A stretch of DNA of 64,000 nucleotides from an uncultured virus (IMG/VR IMGVR_UViG_3300035429_000180) (lineage: Duplodnaviria > Heunggongvirae > Uroviricota > Caudoviricetes), in IMG/VR virus record IMGVR_UViG_3300035429_000180. One strand, 5' to 3'. The number at the start of each line of letters is the position of its first letter. Position 1 is the first letter of the stretch. Position numbers and translations under genes: made by a program. Shown here piece after piece: positions 20,106 to 29,672 of the stretch. The notes under the pieces are model-generated. The model saw only the letters and a program-made list of their open reading frames with translations. It was not told the origin of the DNA and did not search any database.

Positions 20106-22079
20106 ATGGCAAAGGATAAACTACATAGAATGAGTCGTGTCCGTCCTCGTGAGATTGAGGACATGGACACCGTTGCCACATCAAAACGGCGAGGCGACCG
20201 GCGAGCGTTTGACGTGTTGATGGAAGCACAGCACCATTGGAACAATATGGACCAATTCCGTCGTGATCGCCAGCGTAACAAACGTTATTGCTACGGTGAC
20301 CAATGGAAAGATATTATTGAGGTGGATGGTTGCACAATAACTGAAGAAGAATATATCGGGAAGCAGGGCAATGTTCCACTGAAGAATAACCTAATACGTC
20401 GCCTTGTGCGCAATGTATTAGGCGTATATCGAAGTCAGGCCAAGGAGCCGACATGTTATGCACGAGACCGCGATGAGCAGAAACTTGGTGAGACCATGAC
20501 TACAATCTTACAGTGCAATATGCAGTTAAACCGCATGACCGAGGTTTACGCTCGCACAATGGAAGAATTTTTGATTGGCGGTCTCATCGTACATAGGAAG
20601 TCTTACAGTTGGCGAAACGAAAAAATGGACTGTTGGACTGATTATGTCAACCCCAACAATTTCTTTATCGACAACAATATGCGCGACTTCCGAGGTTGGG
20701 ATGTATCTTTCCTCGGCGAAGTACATGACGTTTCCTTTGAAACGCTGTGTGCGCAGTTTGCAGAGTCACCCGATGATTACCGACGCTTCAAGGAGATATA
20801 CACTTTCGCCCACAATAAGCAGTATATCGCCAACTATGCAGAACGTTTTGGATATTCGCGTCTTGAAAACTTCGACTTCCTGTTTACGAGCGACCCGACA
20901 CGTTGCAGGGTGATTGAGGTATGGCGCAAGGAAGCCAAGCCTCGCTACCGCTGTCACGATCTCAACAACGGCGACGTTTACAAAATTGACGTTGAAGATT
21001 ACGATGAAATGGTTAGCCACGTCAACAAAGAGCGTCTTATGCGAGGACGCGCTGCTGGTATGCCAGATGATGAAATACCTCTGATCCAAGCTACATGGAT
21101 GATTGACCACTATTGGTACTATTATTACCTTACACCGTTCGGTCATATTCTGAAAGAGGGAGAAACACCCTACGAGCATAAGAGCCACCCTTATGTGTTT
21201 AAGGCATATCCATTTATTGATGGGGAGATACACAGCTTTGTGTCCGATGTGATAGACCAACAGCGATATACCAACCGCCTGATAACTCTCTACGACTTCA
21301 TCATGCGAGCAAGCGCAAAAGGTGTACTACTCTTTCCAGAGGGGTGTGAGCCGGACAGTATGAGCATGGATGATATTGCCGAGGAGTGGGGCAAGTTTGA
21401 CGGCATTGTGTACTACAAGCCTAAGCCTGGTGTTGCCGTGCCTCAACAGATAGCCAACAACTCGACACAAATCGGCATCACTGAATTGCTGAACCTGCAA
21501 CTGAAATTCTTTGAGGACATATCTGGCGTAAACGGAGCTCTGCAGGGCAAGCCAGGCTATGCTAATCAAAGTGCCGCACTCTACAATCAGCAGACTCAGA
21601 ATGCCACGACATCGTTGCTTGATTTGCTCGACAGTTTCAGCTACTTTGTCAAGGACGGCGCGATTAAGGACGTGAAGAATATGCAACAATTCTATGACAC
21701 CAAACGCATATTCAATATCGTTGGCAAAAATGCGTGGGTTGAGTATGACCCCAAGACAATACGCGACGTTGACTTTGACCTCTCTATTGTCGAAAGCACA
21801 AATACGCCGGCATTCCGACAAATGGCCAACGACATACTCATGCAGTTGTGGCAAGCACAGGCAATATCGGTGGAGCAACTTCTGGAACACGGAGACTTCC
21901 CGTTTGCCGACGACCTGTTGCAGTCTATCCGCAGTCAAAAGGAACAGCTCGAACAGGGGCAAGTACCCGAAGCTATGTCGCCGCAGTTGCAGCAACAAGT
22001 TCAGGCTGGAGCCAATATGCAGAATGTTCAGGCCGCACGTCAAATGCTGATGAACCCGCAGTCACAAATGGCAGCATAA
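20106..22079 (+). CDS. Portal protein (P22/podovirus-like)
   Basis: 657 aa; 'YCYGDQW..NNLIRRLV', 'HPYVFKAYPFIDG..VIDQQR..NRL', 'EDISGVN.ALQG', Gln-rich barrel tail; adjacent to terminase and capsid genes. Confidence 0.8.
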   Translation: MAKDKLHRMSRVRPREIEDMDTVATSKRRGDRRAFDVLMEAQHHWNNMDQFRRDRQRNKRYCYGDQWKDIIEVDGCTITEEEYIGKQGNVPLKNNLIRRLVRNVLGVYRSQAKEPTCYARDRDEQKLGETMTTILQCNMQLNRMTEVYARTMEEFLIGGLIVHRKSYSWRNEKMDCWTDYVNPNNFFIDNNMRDFRGWDVSFLGEVHDVSFETLCAQFAESPDDYRRFKEIYTFAHNKQYIANYAERFGYSRLENFDFLFTSDPTRCRVIEVWRKEAKPRYRCHDLNNGDVYKIDVEDYDEMVSHVNKERLMRGRAAGMPDDEIPLIQATWMIDHYWYYYYLTPFGHILKEGETPYEHKSHPYVFKAYPFIDGEIHSFVSDVIDQQRYTNRLITLYDFIMRASAKGVLLFPEGCEPDSMSMDDIAEEWGKFDGIVYYKPKPGVAVPQQIANNSTQIGITELLNLQLKFFEDISGVNGALQGKPGYANQSAALYNQQTQNATTSLLDLLDSFSYFVKDGAIKDVKNMQQFYDTKRIFNIVGKNAWVEYDPKTIRDVDFDLSIVESTNTPAFRQMANDILMQLWQAQAISVEQLLEHGDFPFADDLLQSIRSQKEQLEQGQVPEAMSPQLQQQVQAGANMQNVQAARQMLMNPQSQMAA

Positions 22080-22086
22080 CTACAAC

Positions 22087-22119
22087 GAGGGCGAGTGACC
22101 ATTACGGAAACTCGCCCTC
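22087..22119. terminator. Hairpin between convergent portal and terminase units
   Basis: GAGGGCGAGT...ACTCGCCCTC stem followed by a T-rich tract. Confidence 0.65.
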
Positions 22120-22339
22120 TGTTTATTTTCCAAATGCTTCTTTTGGAACGCCTGTTGCATCTAATATTGTTCGCTTCACTTCTTCTATACCTTTGACTGC
22201 GTCTTTAAACGACCGTTCAAACTCATCGAGAACTTGACCGCTTTGTTCATGCCGAAGATTATCTATCGCAACAGTATCGTGCGTGAGCGTAGCAATACCC
22301 TGTAAGTCGTGACCGCTTTGTGGGCCATGATAGCCGACA

Positions 22340-22750
22340 TTATACTTTCTGCGCATTTTCCCAATCTTTTTTACGACGCTGTTCTTCCTTACGACGCTGT
22401 TCTTCTTTGCGGCGTTGTTTTGTTGCAATACGGTCGGCTTTGACCCATGCGAAGTATTGCATGACTTTCTTCTTCCGGTCAGCAGGAGCGAGGAACTGAT
22501 TGCCGTCGCGGTAGCTGGTGCAGTAGAAGCACTCACGCACGAGGTCGAAGACACGAGCTTCGCGCTGAATGTAGTGCTTCATCTTGAGGCGACGGAAATT
22601 GTAGCGATCCATCACGACGAGTTTCTTACCGCCACTGCCATGCTGAGGCATGACGTAGTAGCGTTTGCCTGTTTGCTGATGAGCCTTGTCGGCCATCTTG
22701 ATAGCCTCGCGGAGCCGGAGGCTTGCTTTAAATCTTCTAAAGATGTTCAT
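22340..22750 (-). CDS. Hypothetical basic phage protein
   Basis: 136-aa ORF directly downstream of terminase; C-terminal 18-bp (RRKEEQ) duplication. Confidence 0.7.
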   Translation of the reverse strand: MNIFRRFKASLRLREAIKMADKAHQQTGKRYYVMPQHGSGGKKLVVMDRYNFRRLKMKHYIQREARVFDLVRECFYCTSYRDGNQFLAPADRKKKVMQYFAWVKADRIATKQRRKEEQRRKEEQRRKKDWENAQKV

Positions 22751-22768
22751 ATCGTTTAGTGTGAGTTA

Positions 22769-24877
22769 TTAGAATGTAGCTGCGGAAATAGGTTTCCGAC
22801 GGCCACGGTTGTATTTCTTTTGAATAGGTATAATCTTCGGCACGTCCATTTCATAATAGCAGATGTGCAGCCCGATTGCTCGTGTCATCAACAAGTCGTC
22901 ATGTTTGCCGACGATAGCACCGAAAGAGCCGTTTTTGCGCTTCTCGTAAAAGATGTATTCAGCAAGACAACGCTCGTCGCGCTCGACATACATAGCTTCT
23001 CGGATAACCTTAACGAGCGTTGAGATAATCATCGGCTTGGTTGAAATGTTTGTATGGAAGCCGTAGCGTTTGGGCGCACCCTCTACAATCGCTTCTTCGG
23101 GTTGCTTGCGCTCGTAAAGATTAGGATAAACTTCCTTAACTTGGTTGAGAATAAACTGCGATTGGTCACCGTCAACGTCACGTTCCTTGTCGTGCGTTTC
23201 AAGCGTATTACTCTCGATAACGAGCAGAGAATTATCGTAGTAGGCTGCAATCTGGGCGGCTTTCCATGCCAAGAGGTCAATATCAATATGGCCGTACCAT
23301 TGAGCTACAACAACAGGCTTGCCGCCCTCTGCCATGAACAGGCGGTCGAAGACAGCAATAACAGACCAGTCGGCCTTATGTGAGCGACCGCCGACATCGA
23401 CAACTGTAAGGTATCGGTCAGTAACTCTTTCTTCGGGGTCAATTTCAGGATGCGCCCACACCCACAACAAACCCTGCCGGTCCTCGCGGAAGCGTAGGTT
23501 TTGTAGAGCCTTTTTGCCCTCGTCGAAGTCGGCATATACATCGCCAACTTGTAAGGGTGGTTTACAAGTTGCTTTCAAAGCCTCGACACGATACTTGTCA
23601 AACACACGAGTGCCGGAGTGAACAAACGCCTCAACATCATCGGAAGGATACTCCGAAGCCATAATAGCATGTTCATTTGACTTGGCACGTTCACGTATAT
23701 ACCAATTTATAGCTTCGAGCGTCGCGCCTTTCTCCCATAGCCACCAAAGATAGCGGCCACATTCTTCACGCTCCGACTCTGCATTGCCATTCTCCCGGTT
23801 GTCATACAGCCACTGTGCGAAATCTATTCTCTGGCCGTCGTTGTCAAAGTCAAGAGAATATTGCTCAATATCAAACCACGACACAAACATAGCCTCGAAT
23901 TGAGATTTGCCTTTCTTAGCAGCATCATATTCAATCTGAAAGAAGTTGCCTGTGCCATTTGCAGTAGATTCATATATAATCATTGTGTATGGTTTGTAAA
24001 GCACCCCTGAACAGGCCGAACGCACAATATCTTCAGGAGATTTCTTTTCGGTTTTTTCCCATATACCTACCTCGGAACAGTGAACAAGATTATAGTCGCC
24101 ACCACGACAAGAATCAGGATTTTTCGCAGTACCAATCTTGATTTTACAGTTACGCTGTGGTACAGCATGTATAAGACCAGACATACCGACACCTACAAGT
24201 TTTGGCTCGTTGTCGTCATATTCAGCACCTAATTTGTAGAGCATTTCCACAGGGTAACGGTCAAGCATGCGATTGAACATATCGCGTATTTCGTCTGACC
24301 CGGATGTCTGGTGTGCGATAATAAGCGAGTTGAGACCGATCCGGTGGACGAGTTGCAACCACGCCATATACAACTGCGACGTTGTAGAGCCGCCCCACTG
24401 ACGTGCTTTCAACAGGATAAGGCGAATAGGCTTATTGGCAAGACGCTTTTCCTCAAGTCGCTCAACAAAATGACGCTGTGGCCTGGTAAGGCGAAATAGA
24501 ACGTCCTCGCCACCACCTTTCTTCTTAATCCATACATAGGTTGCCGCCCAAAACGGAAAGTCGTGGCGAGAGCGTAGGCGCACAAACTGTTCGATTACTT
24601 TTAGTCGATCAGCTTCAAAATCTTCCTCGCAATCATACTCCATGCCAAGAGTGTCACATAAAAAATTCTCCAAACTACCGGCTTCGATTAACTGACGGAT
24701 TAACGGAATTTTATCCATTGACTCCGGCAAGTATTGACGTTTGATTGGAAAATCTTCCAACCAAAACTCAAAACGCTTGCCTACTGAGCCTCGCCCGGTA
24801 ATAGGATTGAAAGGAGCATGAATTTCATCTAACCTCTCCTGATTGATTTTGAGAATTTCTGCTATTTCCTGTTGCAT
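22769..24877 (-). CDS. terL: Terminase large subunit
   Basis: ILLKARQWGGST Walker A, NLVHCSE Walker B-like, IYESTANG coupling motif, DVGG and HDDLLM nuclease motifs; start set at MQQEIAE. Confidence 0.9.
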   Translation of the reverse strand: MQQEIAEILKINQERLDEIHAPFNPITGRGSVGKRFEFWLEDFPIKRQYLPESMDKIPLIRQLIEAGSLENFLCDTLGMEYDCEEDFEADRLKVIEQFVRLRSRHDFPFWAATYVWIKKKGGGEDVLFRLTRPQRHFVERLEEKRLANKPIRLILLKARQWGGSTTSQLYMAWLQLVHRIGLNSLIIAHQTSGSDEIRDMFNRMLDRYPVEMLYKLGAEYDDNEPKLVGVGMSGLIHAVPQRNCKIKIGTAKNPDSCRGGDYNLVHCSEVGIWEKTEKKSPEDIVRSACSGVLYKPYTMIIYESTANGTGNFFQIEYDAAKKGKSQFEAMFVSWFDIEQYSLDFDNDGQRIDFAQWLYDNRENGNAESEREECGRYLWWLWEKGATLEAINWYIRERAKSNEHAIMASEYPSDDVEAFVHSGTRVFDKYRVEALKATCKPPLQVGDVYADFDEGKKALQNLRFREDRQGLLWVWAHPEIDPEERVTDRYLTVVDVGGRSHKADWSVIAVFDRLFMAEGGKPVVVAQWYGHIDIDLLAWKAAQIAAYYDNSLLVIESNTLETHDKERDVDGDQSQFILNQVKEVYPNLYERKQPEEAIVEGAPKRYGFHTNISTKPMIISTLVKVIREAMYVERDERCLAEYIFYEKRKNGSFGAIVGKHDDLLMTRAIGLHICYYEMDVPKIIPIQKKYNRGRRKPISAATF

Positions 24878-25359
24878 GGTATCGGCATATTCAAGAAACC
24901 GACCAGCAGTCCGGCTACATAACTGTAAAGATGAAGCCACCCATTCACATGTGGGAATAGGAAACCGATAGCAATATACAGGGCCATATACCCATTATAA
25001 TATAGTTTTCTCTTCACTTGAAAAGCGATCATGCCAAGCAGAGCGAAGCATACAGCCGAAAGTCCCACTGTAGGTGTTATGGATAGAACAATGTCAGGAG
25101 CGGCCACAGCTATCATATAGGCTGTTATCAACCGCCACCACAAAACTTCGTAAATAAACAATATTGAAACGAAGCACCAAGCATTGACTGCCGCATGAAC
25201 AAACGAAGCGTGAAAGAAAGAGTACACAAGACGCTGTAAAATATTACAACCTTTAAATACTCCGATGACGTTCCAATCGGGCGCATATACCAGAGCCGAC
25301 AGCAATATGAATGCGACAATCAGCAGCCCCGTAGTCTTTTCGATTTTTCCAGAAACCAT
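24862..25359 (-). CDS. Rhomboid-family intramembrane serine protease
   Basis: Multi-TM; RLVYSFFHASFVHAAVN (H-x4-H-x3-N), VGLSA (catalytic GxS), WLHLYSYVAG (catalytic His). Confidence 0.8.
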   Translation of the reverse strand: MVSGKIEKTTGLLIVAFILLSALVYAPDWNVIGVFKGCNILQRLVYSFFHASFVHAAVNAWCFVSILFIYEVLWWRLITAYMIAVAAPDIVLSITPTVGLSAVCFALLGMIAFQVKRKLYYNGYMALYIAIGFLFPHVNGWLHLYSYVAGLLVGFLNMPIPCNRK

Positions 25360-25751
25360 TGTTTTCTTGCTTTTAGAATTAGTACACGAGCAGAACCTGG
25401 TGCCATATAGAATTTTGGTGCTGGTTGTGTGATGACCGCCTTAATAAGTCGAGGCATCGACCAATCGGAATAAGTATTACGCAACTCCAAAACACGACGA
25501 TGTATCTCGAAAAACATCTCACGTTTATTCGGCCTCATATAGTGGAGATTGTCACCTCGCATAATACTCGCCACTACGACTGTGGCGCGTGGAGCCGACA
25601 CCCAAAACCGCTCTGCCGGCATTTCCACTACACGCTTGAATACATCAGGCATAAAAACATGTTTGCAAGTTTTCATATAACAAAAATAGGCACGTAGCAA
25701 ATCACTCATCCTTTCCTTATGGTAGCAACTCTTACAGCCGAAATCTTTCAT
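25320..25751 (-). CDS. Hypothetical protein, possible DNA-binding/late regulator
   Basis: 143 aa from MKDFG; basic and helical with duplicated 'MPAERFWVS / QPAPKFYMA' motif; first gene of terminase operon. Confidence 0.6.
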   Translation of the reverse strand: MKDFGCKSCYHKERMSDLLRAYFCYMKTCKHVFMPDVFKRVVEMPAERFWVSAPRATVVVASIMRGDNLHYMRPNKREMFFEIHRRVLELRNTYSDWSMPRLIKAVITQPAPKFYMAPGSARVLILKARKQWFLEKSKRLRGC

Positions 25752-25809
25752 TGATTGGTCAAAAGCGATTAAATTTATTAGTAATACGTGCAAATTTAAT
25801 AAACAAGCG

Positions 25810-25852
25810 GTAAAAGATAAATAACTCACTAATGTTTTTAAGTGTATATTTG
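25810..25852 (+). promoter_or_regulatory. Scaffold/capsid promoter GTAAAAGATAAA-N23-TATATTTG
   Basis: -7 box with the shared upstream motif; a divergent -7 box (TAAATTTG) lies on the minus strand at 25791-25798. Confidence 0.65.
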
Positions 25853-25890
25853 CGGATAAAAATTAACAATCTCTTATATACAACAATGTT

Positions 25891-26679
25891 ATGGCTGAAA
25901 CCGAAGCAGTTAAAAGCAAACGTGATACGACGTTGGAACGACTGAGGGGCAAATACCCCGAAGAACAGTTCGACGACGACGAGCAGATATTTGGCCGAAT
26001 AAACGCCGATTACGACGAATACGACAATAAACTCGCAGGCTATCAGGAGCGCGAAGGCAAGTTTTCCGACATGTTCACGTCCGACCCCCGTTCAGCCCGG
26101 CTGATGATGGGCTGGAAAGACGGCGTCGACCCCGCAGTTGCGCTCATACGCCTGTATGGCGAAGACATCAAGGACGCAATCGACGACCCCGACAAGCAGG
26201 AAGCAATAGCCGAAGCCAACAAAGAGTACATGGAGCGCGTGGCCAAGGAGAAGCAGTATGAAGAAGAATATACCGCCAACCTCGCCGAGTCTTTGACCAT
26301 ACTTGAAAAAGCTCAGCAAGAACGTGGACTTAGTGACGAACAGATCGACGATGCTATGGCATGGTTTATCGGCGTAGCCAAAGACGCGATGATGGGCAAA
26401 TTCTCGCCTGAGACAATTGAAATGATAATCAAGGCACAGAACTACGACAACGACGTCGCACAAGCAGGAGAAGAAGGTGAAGTGCGTGGCAAGAATGCCA
26501 AAGTCACCGAGACGCTGCGCAAACCTAATCGCGGTGATGGCACCGCCCAACTTGACGGCAAGAATGGAGGTGGTCGCCGGAAGCCTATGCCAGATATGGG
26601 AGCAATTGACCGCTATGGAGACGGCAACATGAACATCTTCGAACGTGGCGGCGAAAAGCGTACTCCTATCAAAAGATAA
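25891..26679 (+). CDS. Putative capsid scaffolding protein
   Basis: Acidic helical 262-aa protein immediately upstream of the capsid gene. Confidence 0.6.
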   Translation: MAETEAVKSKRDTTLERLRGKYPEEQFDDDEQIFGRINADYDEYDNKLAGYQEREGKFSDMFTSDPRSARLMMGWKDGVDPAVALIRLYGEDIKDAIDDPDKQEAIAEANKEYMERVAKEKQYEEEYTANLAESLTILEKAQQERGLSDEQIDDAMAWFIGVAKDAMMGKFSPETIEMIIKAQNYDNDVAQAGEEGEVRGKNAKVTETLRKPNRGDGTAQLDGKNGGGRRKPMPDMGAIDRYGDGNMNIFERGGEKRTPIKR

Positions 26680-26718
26680 CTCAACCCAATATCAATAACC
26701 AATTTAACAACAATCTCA

Positions 26719-28161
26719 ATGGAAACAGTTAAAAAAACAACTCGTTTTCTGCTCAGTTTCATGCTGAGTATGATTGCCTTCGTAGCGGGGGCAAGTTCCG
26801 GGGTGTATATGGCCACAGCCAGCGATCTCCCCGATGCAGGTAAGACAAATGCCGGAGCAGACGGCACAGGTGGCACTGAAGGTATCGCTACAGAGACGCA
26901 GGGCCGCATGGATGGAGATCCGAACTTCTACATGCAGGACATAGACAAGCGTATCATCAAAATCCGTCCTATGGCAACGCCTATCGACCAGATTTCACGT
27001 TATGCCAAAGCCTCATCGTGCAAGTCTTTTGAAGTCAAATACTATAGTGTCGGCACCCGTCCTATCTCGTGCAAGACCAACAAGGCCGTGACAGCCCAGA
27101 CTTCCGGGGCATCTATTACTCTCCCTGTCGACGATCCTAATATGTTCACACTTGACGACACCATCCGCGTTGTCGGCGTTAAAGGTAAGTACAATGACAA
27201 GGGTGTGGCCTATCCTGAAGACAGCGACAACGTGCCTGATCTTGTACTGTGTGTGTGTGGCAAGAGCACAGACACCAATATGCCCACGGTATATGCAGTG
27301 AATGGAGACCTCGACAGCTCCACCAACTACGCAACCCTCGTTCCCGCCATTCCGAGCGGCACGACCCTCGTGCGTATGGGTAAAGCCTGTGGTGAGCTTG
27401 ACGTCCAGACCGGCCGTTTCAACAACATTCCTATGCCTGAAACGCAGTATTGCCAGAACTTCATGATTCAGGTTGAACAGTCTACCTTTGACAAGATTGC
27501 AGCCAAAGAAGTCAATTGGTCATTTTCCGACATAGAAGAGGACGGCATATATGATATGCGACTCTCCCAGGAGAACACATATCTGTTTGGCGTAAAAAAT
27601 GTGATCAAGCATGTAGCCAAAGAGGGCATGAACACTTGGTTTACCGGTGGTATCTGGTATATGGCCGGTAAGGACATTGAGGTAGGCGTATGGGATGATG
27701 AGGCAAAATGTGCTGTAATTACCGATGACAACCTTGTGGACATTACCAAAGACCTCTTTGTTGGTACAGGAATAGGCAATAAGCGCAAAATACTCTTCTG
27801 TGGCTCTGATATGCTGTCGGCATTCTCAAAAATCAAGAGCGAAAAGTTCCGCCTGAAAGACACCGTTGAAGTGTGGAACTTGAAATTCAAGTCGTGGGAT
27901 ACCGATTTCGGCGAAGTGCTGACTATCCATCATGAGCTTTTTGATGCAAATGGTATGAGTGACTATGGCTTCGCAATGGACCCCGAATATCTCTCAAAGA
28001 AGACTCATGTATCGTGGGCTCGCAACGTCCTCGACCTCAAGACCGCCGGTATCCGCAACACCGATGCTGTGGTAATTCAGGAAGTGGCCTGTCTCTATCT
28101 GCGCTACGCCAAGGCCCACGCGCGTATGCGTCTTGCTCAGCCTCCAACCGCCGCAGCATAA
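26719..28161 (+). CDS. Major capsid protein (putative) with hydrophobic N-terminal leader
   Basis: 480 aa; position after scaffold; 'ATPIDQI', 'QYCQNFMIQV', 'FTGGI', 'WDTDFGEV', 'E.ACL.L....AH' pattern of HK97-fold capsids; followed by terminator. Confidence 0.75.
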   Translation: METVKKTTRFLLSFMLSMIAFVAGASSGVYMATASDLPDAGKTNAGADGTGGTEGIATETQGRMDGDPNFYMQDIDKRIIKIRPMATPIDQISRYAKASSCKSFEVKYYSVGTRPISCKTNKAVTAQTSGASITLPVDDPNMFTLDDTIRVVGVKGKYNDKGVAYPEDSDNVPDLVLCVCGKSTDTNMPTVYAVNGDLDSSTNYATLVPAIPSGTTLVRMGKACGELDVQTGRFNNIPMPETQYCQNFMIQVEQSTFDKIAAKEVNWSFSDIEEDGIYDMRLSQENTYLFGVKNVIKHVAKEGMNTWFTGGIWYMAGKDIEVGVWDDEAKCAVITDDNLVDITKDLFVGTGIGNKRKILFCGSDMLSAFSKIKSEKFRLKDTVEVWNLKFKSWDTDFGEVLTIHHELFDANGMSDYGFAMDPEYLSKKTHVSWARNVLDLKTAGIRNTDAVVIQEVACLYLRYAKAHARMRLAQPPTAAA

Positions 28162-28194
28162 TCTATAAAAATAAGTAGTTTTTCTTCATGTGAG

Positions 28195-28231
28195 AGGGGT
28201 GGACGGTTAAACCCAACCGCCCGCCCCTTTT
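28195..28231 (+). terminator. Rho-independent terminator after capsid gene
   Basis: GGGGTGGACGGTT...AACCGCCCGCCCC-TTTT. Confidence 0.6.
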
Positions 28232-28250
28232 GCTTATCAAATCAGAAGCA

Positions 28251-29025
28251 ATGAAAAAGTACATCGCTAAAACCAATATCAGCATCAACATAGTGCTGAA
28301 GTCCGGGAAAAACCGTCATATCACTTTCAGCGCACTCACAGGCGGAGGAAGCGTATTCTACACTGATGATCCCGAAATCCAAAAGGCTATGGAGTGTCAC
28401 TACAAATTTGGCAAACTCTTCCGAGTAGACCAGAAATATGTGGCCGAAAAGCAGCGCAACAAACCAGCACCCAAGCCAAAGCCCGAAATCGTACCCGAAC
28501 AGCCGACCGTTTCCGCCGCTCCTATCCCTATCGGCGAGACACCAACGCCTACCGTAGAAGAAGCAGAAGACACTCCCNNNNNNNNNNNNNNNNNNNNNNN
28601 NNNNNNNNNNNNNNNNNNNNNNNNNNNNNNNNNNNNNNNNNNNNNNNNNNNNNNNNNNNNNNNNNNNNNNNNNNNNNGTCGGAGAAGCAGAAGACACTCC
28701 CGTCGGAGAAGCAGAAGACACTCCCGTCGGAGAAGCAGAAGACACTCCCGTCGGAGAAGCAGAAGACACTCCCGCCGGAGAAGCCACTGTCGCAGTTTCT
28801 GACAGCGAGCAAGCTACCGCAGAAGACATTGACAGCGACGGCCAGCCCGAAGAAGCCGAAGCCGAGGCCGAAGACAACGGTCTCAAAACAATCGTAGTTT
28901 CCGACCCTGACGCGGCCAAAGCATATCTCGCTGAACACTTCGGCATCAGCCGTACAAAAATCAAATCAGTAAAAGCTATCAAAGTGGCCGCTGCCGCCAA
29001 CGGCATCGTCTTCGAGGGCATCTAA
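28251..29025 (+). CDS. Hypothetical protein with acidic Pro/Glu tandem-repeat linker (spans assembly gap)
   Basis: Starts MKKYIAKT; after the N-gap the frame PVGEAEDT... ends in GIVFEGI*; the apparent frameshift is due to the arbitrary 100-N gap. Confidence 0.7.
28554..28784 (+). repeat. 24-bp tandem repeat GTCGGAGAAGCAGAAGACACTCCC (4 perfect copies 28678-28773, degenerate flanking copies, 100-N gap 28578-28677)
   Basis: Direct reading. Confidence 0.95.
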
Positions 29026-29036
29026 ACCACGTCGCC

Positions 29037-29672
29037 ATGATATACAAGTTAACCGAGATTGCGCGTGATGTTCGCATAGCCATAGACCAAAATATGACAA
29101 GCGAACAGTTGATAGCGGCCGAAGACATCGAAACTTTGTCGCTTGAAGACATCATACGCTCGAAAATCGCAGAGGCCGTGCGCCGTGTCGAAACTGCCGC
29201 TCCTGTTCACTTTCTGGAAGAGGGGCACAATTTCGGCGATGCAGTGTATTGGGGTGACCTTGAAAGCGGTTGGGTATTACTGCCAGACGATTTCATGCGC
29301 CTTATAGCATTTCGTATGAGCGATTGGGAGCGCACGGTTTATGCCGCAATCTCGGTTGATGATCCGCTGTACGCAAAACAATCTTCTCGCTACAAAGGCA
29401 TTCGCGGCAATGTTCAAAAGCCCGTGTGTGCAGTCGTGAACCGAGCTGAGGGCAAAGCACTCGAATTCTATTCATGCAACAGTGAAGATGCATACGTCAG
29501 CAGAGCTTCATACTTGCCTTATCCCTACATTGACGAAGACGATGGCATAGACATCAGCGAGAAATGCTATACAGCGGTAATCTACACCGTGGCGGCCTTA
29601 GTATTAACCACCTACGGCGAAGCTGACAAAGCGTCGGCTATGACCGAATTAGCTAAATCTATTTTTCAGTAA
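29037..29672 (+). CDS. Putative head-tail adaptor/ring protein
   Basis: 211 aa; 'LPDDFMRL' motif; position between capsid and tail genes. Confidence 0.55.
   Translation: MIYKLTEIARDVRIAIDQNMTSEQLIAAEDIETLSLEDIIRSKIAEAVRRVETAAPVHFLEEGHNFGDAVYWGDLESGWVLLPDDFMRLIAFRMSDWERTVYAAISVDDPLYAKQSSRYKGIRGNVQKPVCAVVNRAEGKALEFYSCNSEDAYVSRASYLPYPYIDEDDGIDISEKCYTAVIYTVAALVLTTYGEADKASAMTELAKSIFQ

Noticed and set aside
22123..22554. 143-aa minus-strand ORF
   Set aside because: Its 5' half overlaps the better 22340..22750 gene; only a ~77-aa 3' part (MRRKYN...) could be real and is unsupported.
25791..25833. Seventh copy of the late-promoter motif for the terminase operon
   Set aside because: A -7 box is present but the AGTTA-like sequence is offset by 2 nt, so it was not counted.
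28578..28802. Programmed frameshift or Arg/Ser-rich protamine-like protein (RRSRRHS repeats)
   Set aside because: Artefact of the arbitrary 100-N gap; the pre-gap frame (EEAEDTP) matches the PVGEAEDT frame.
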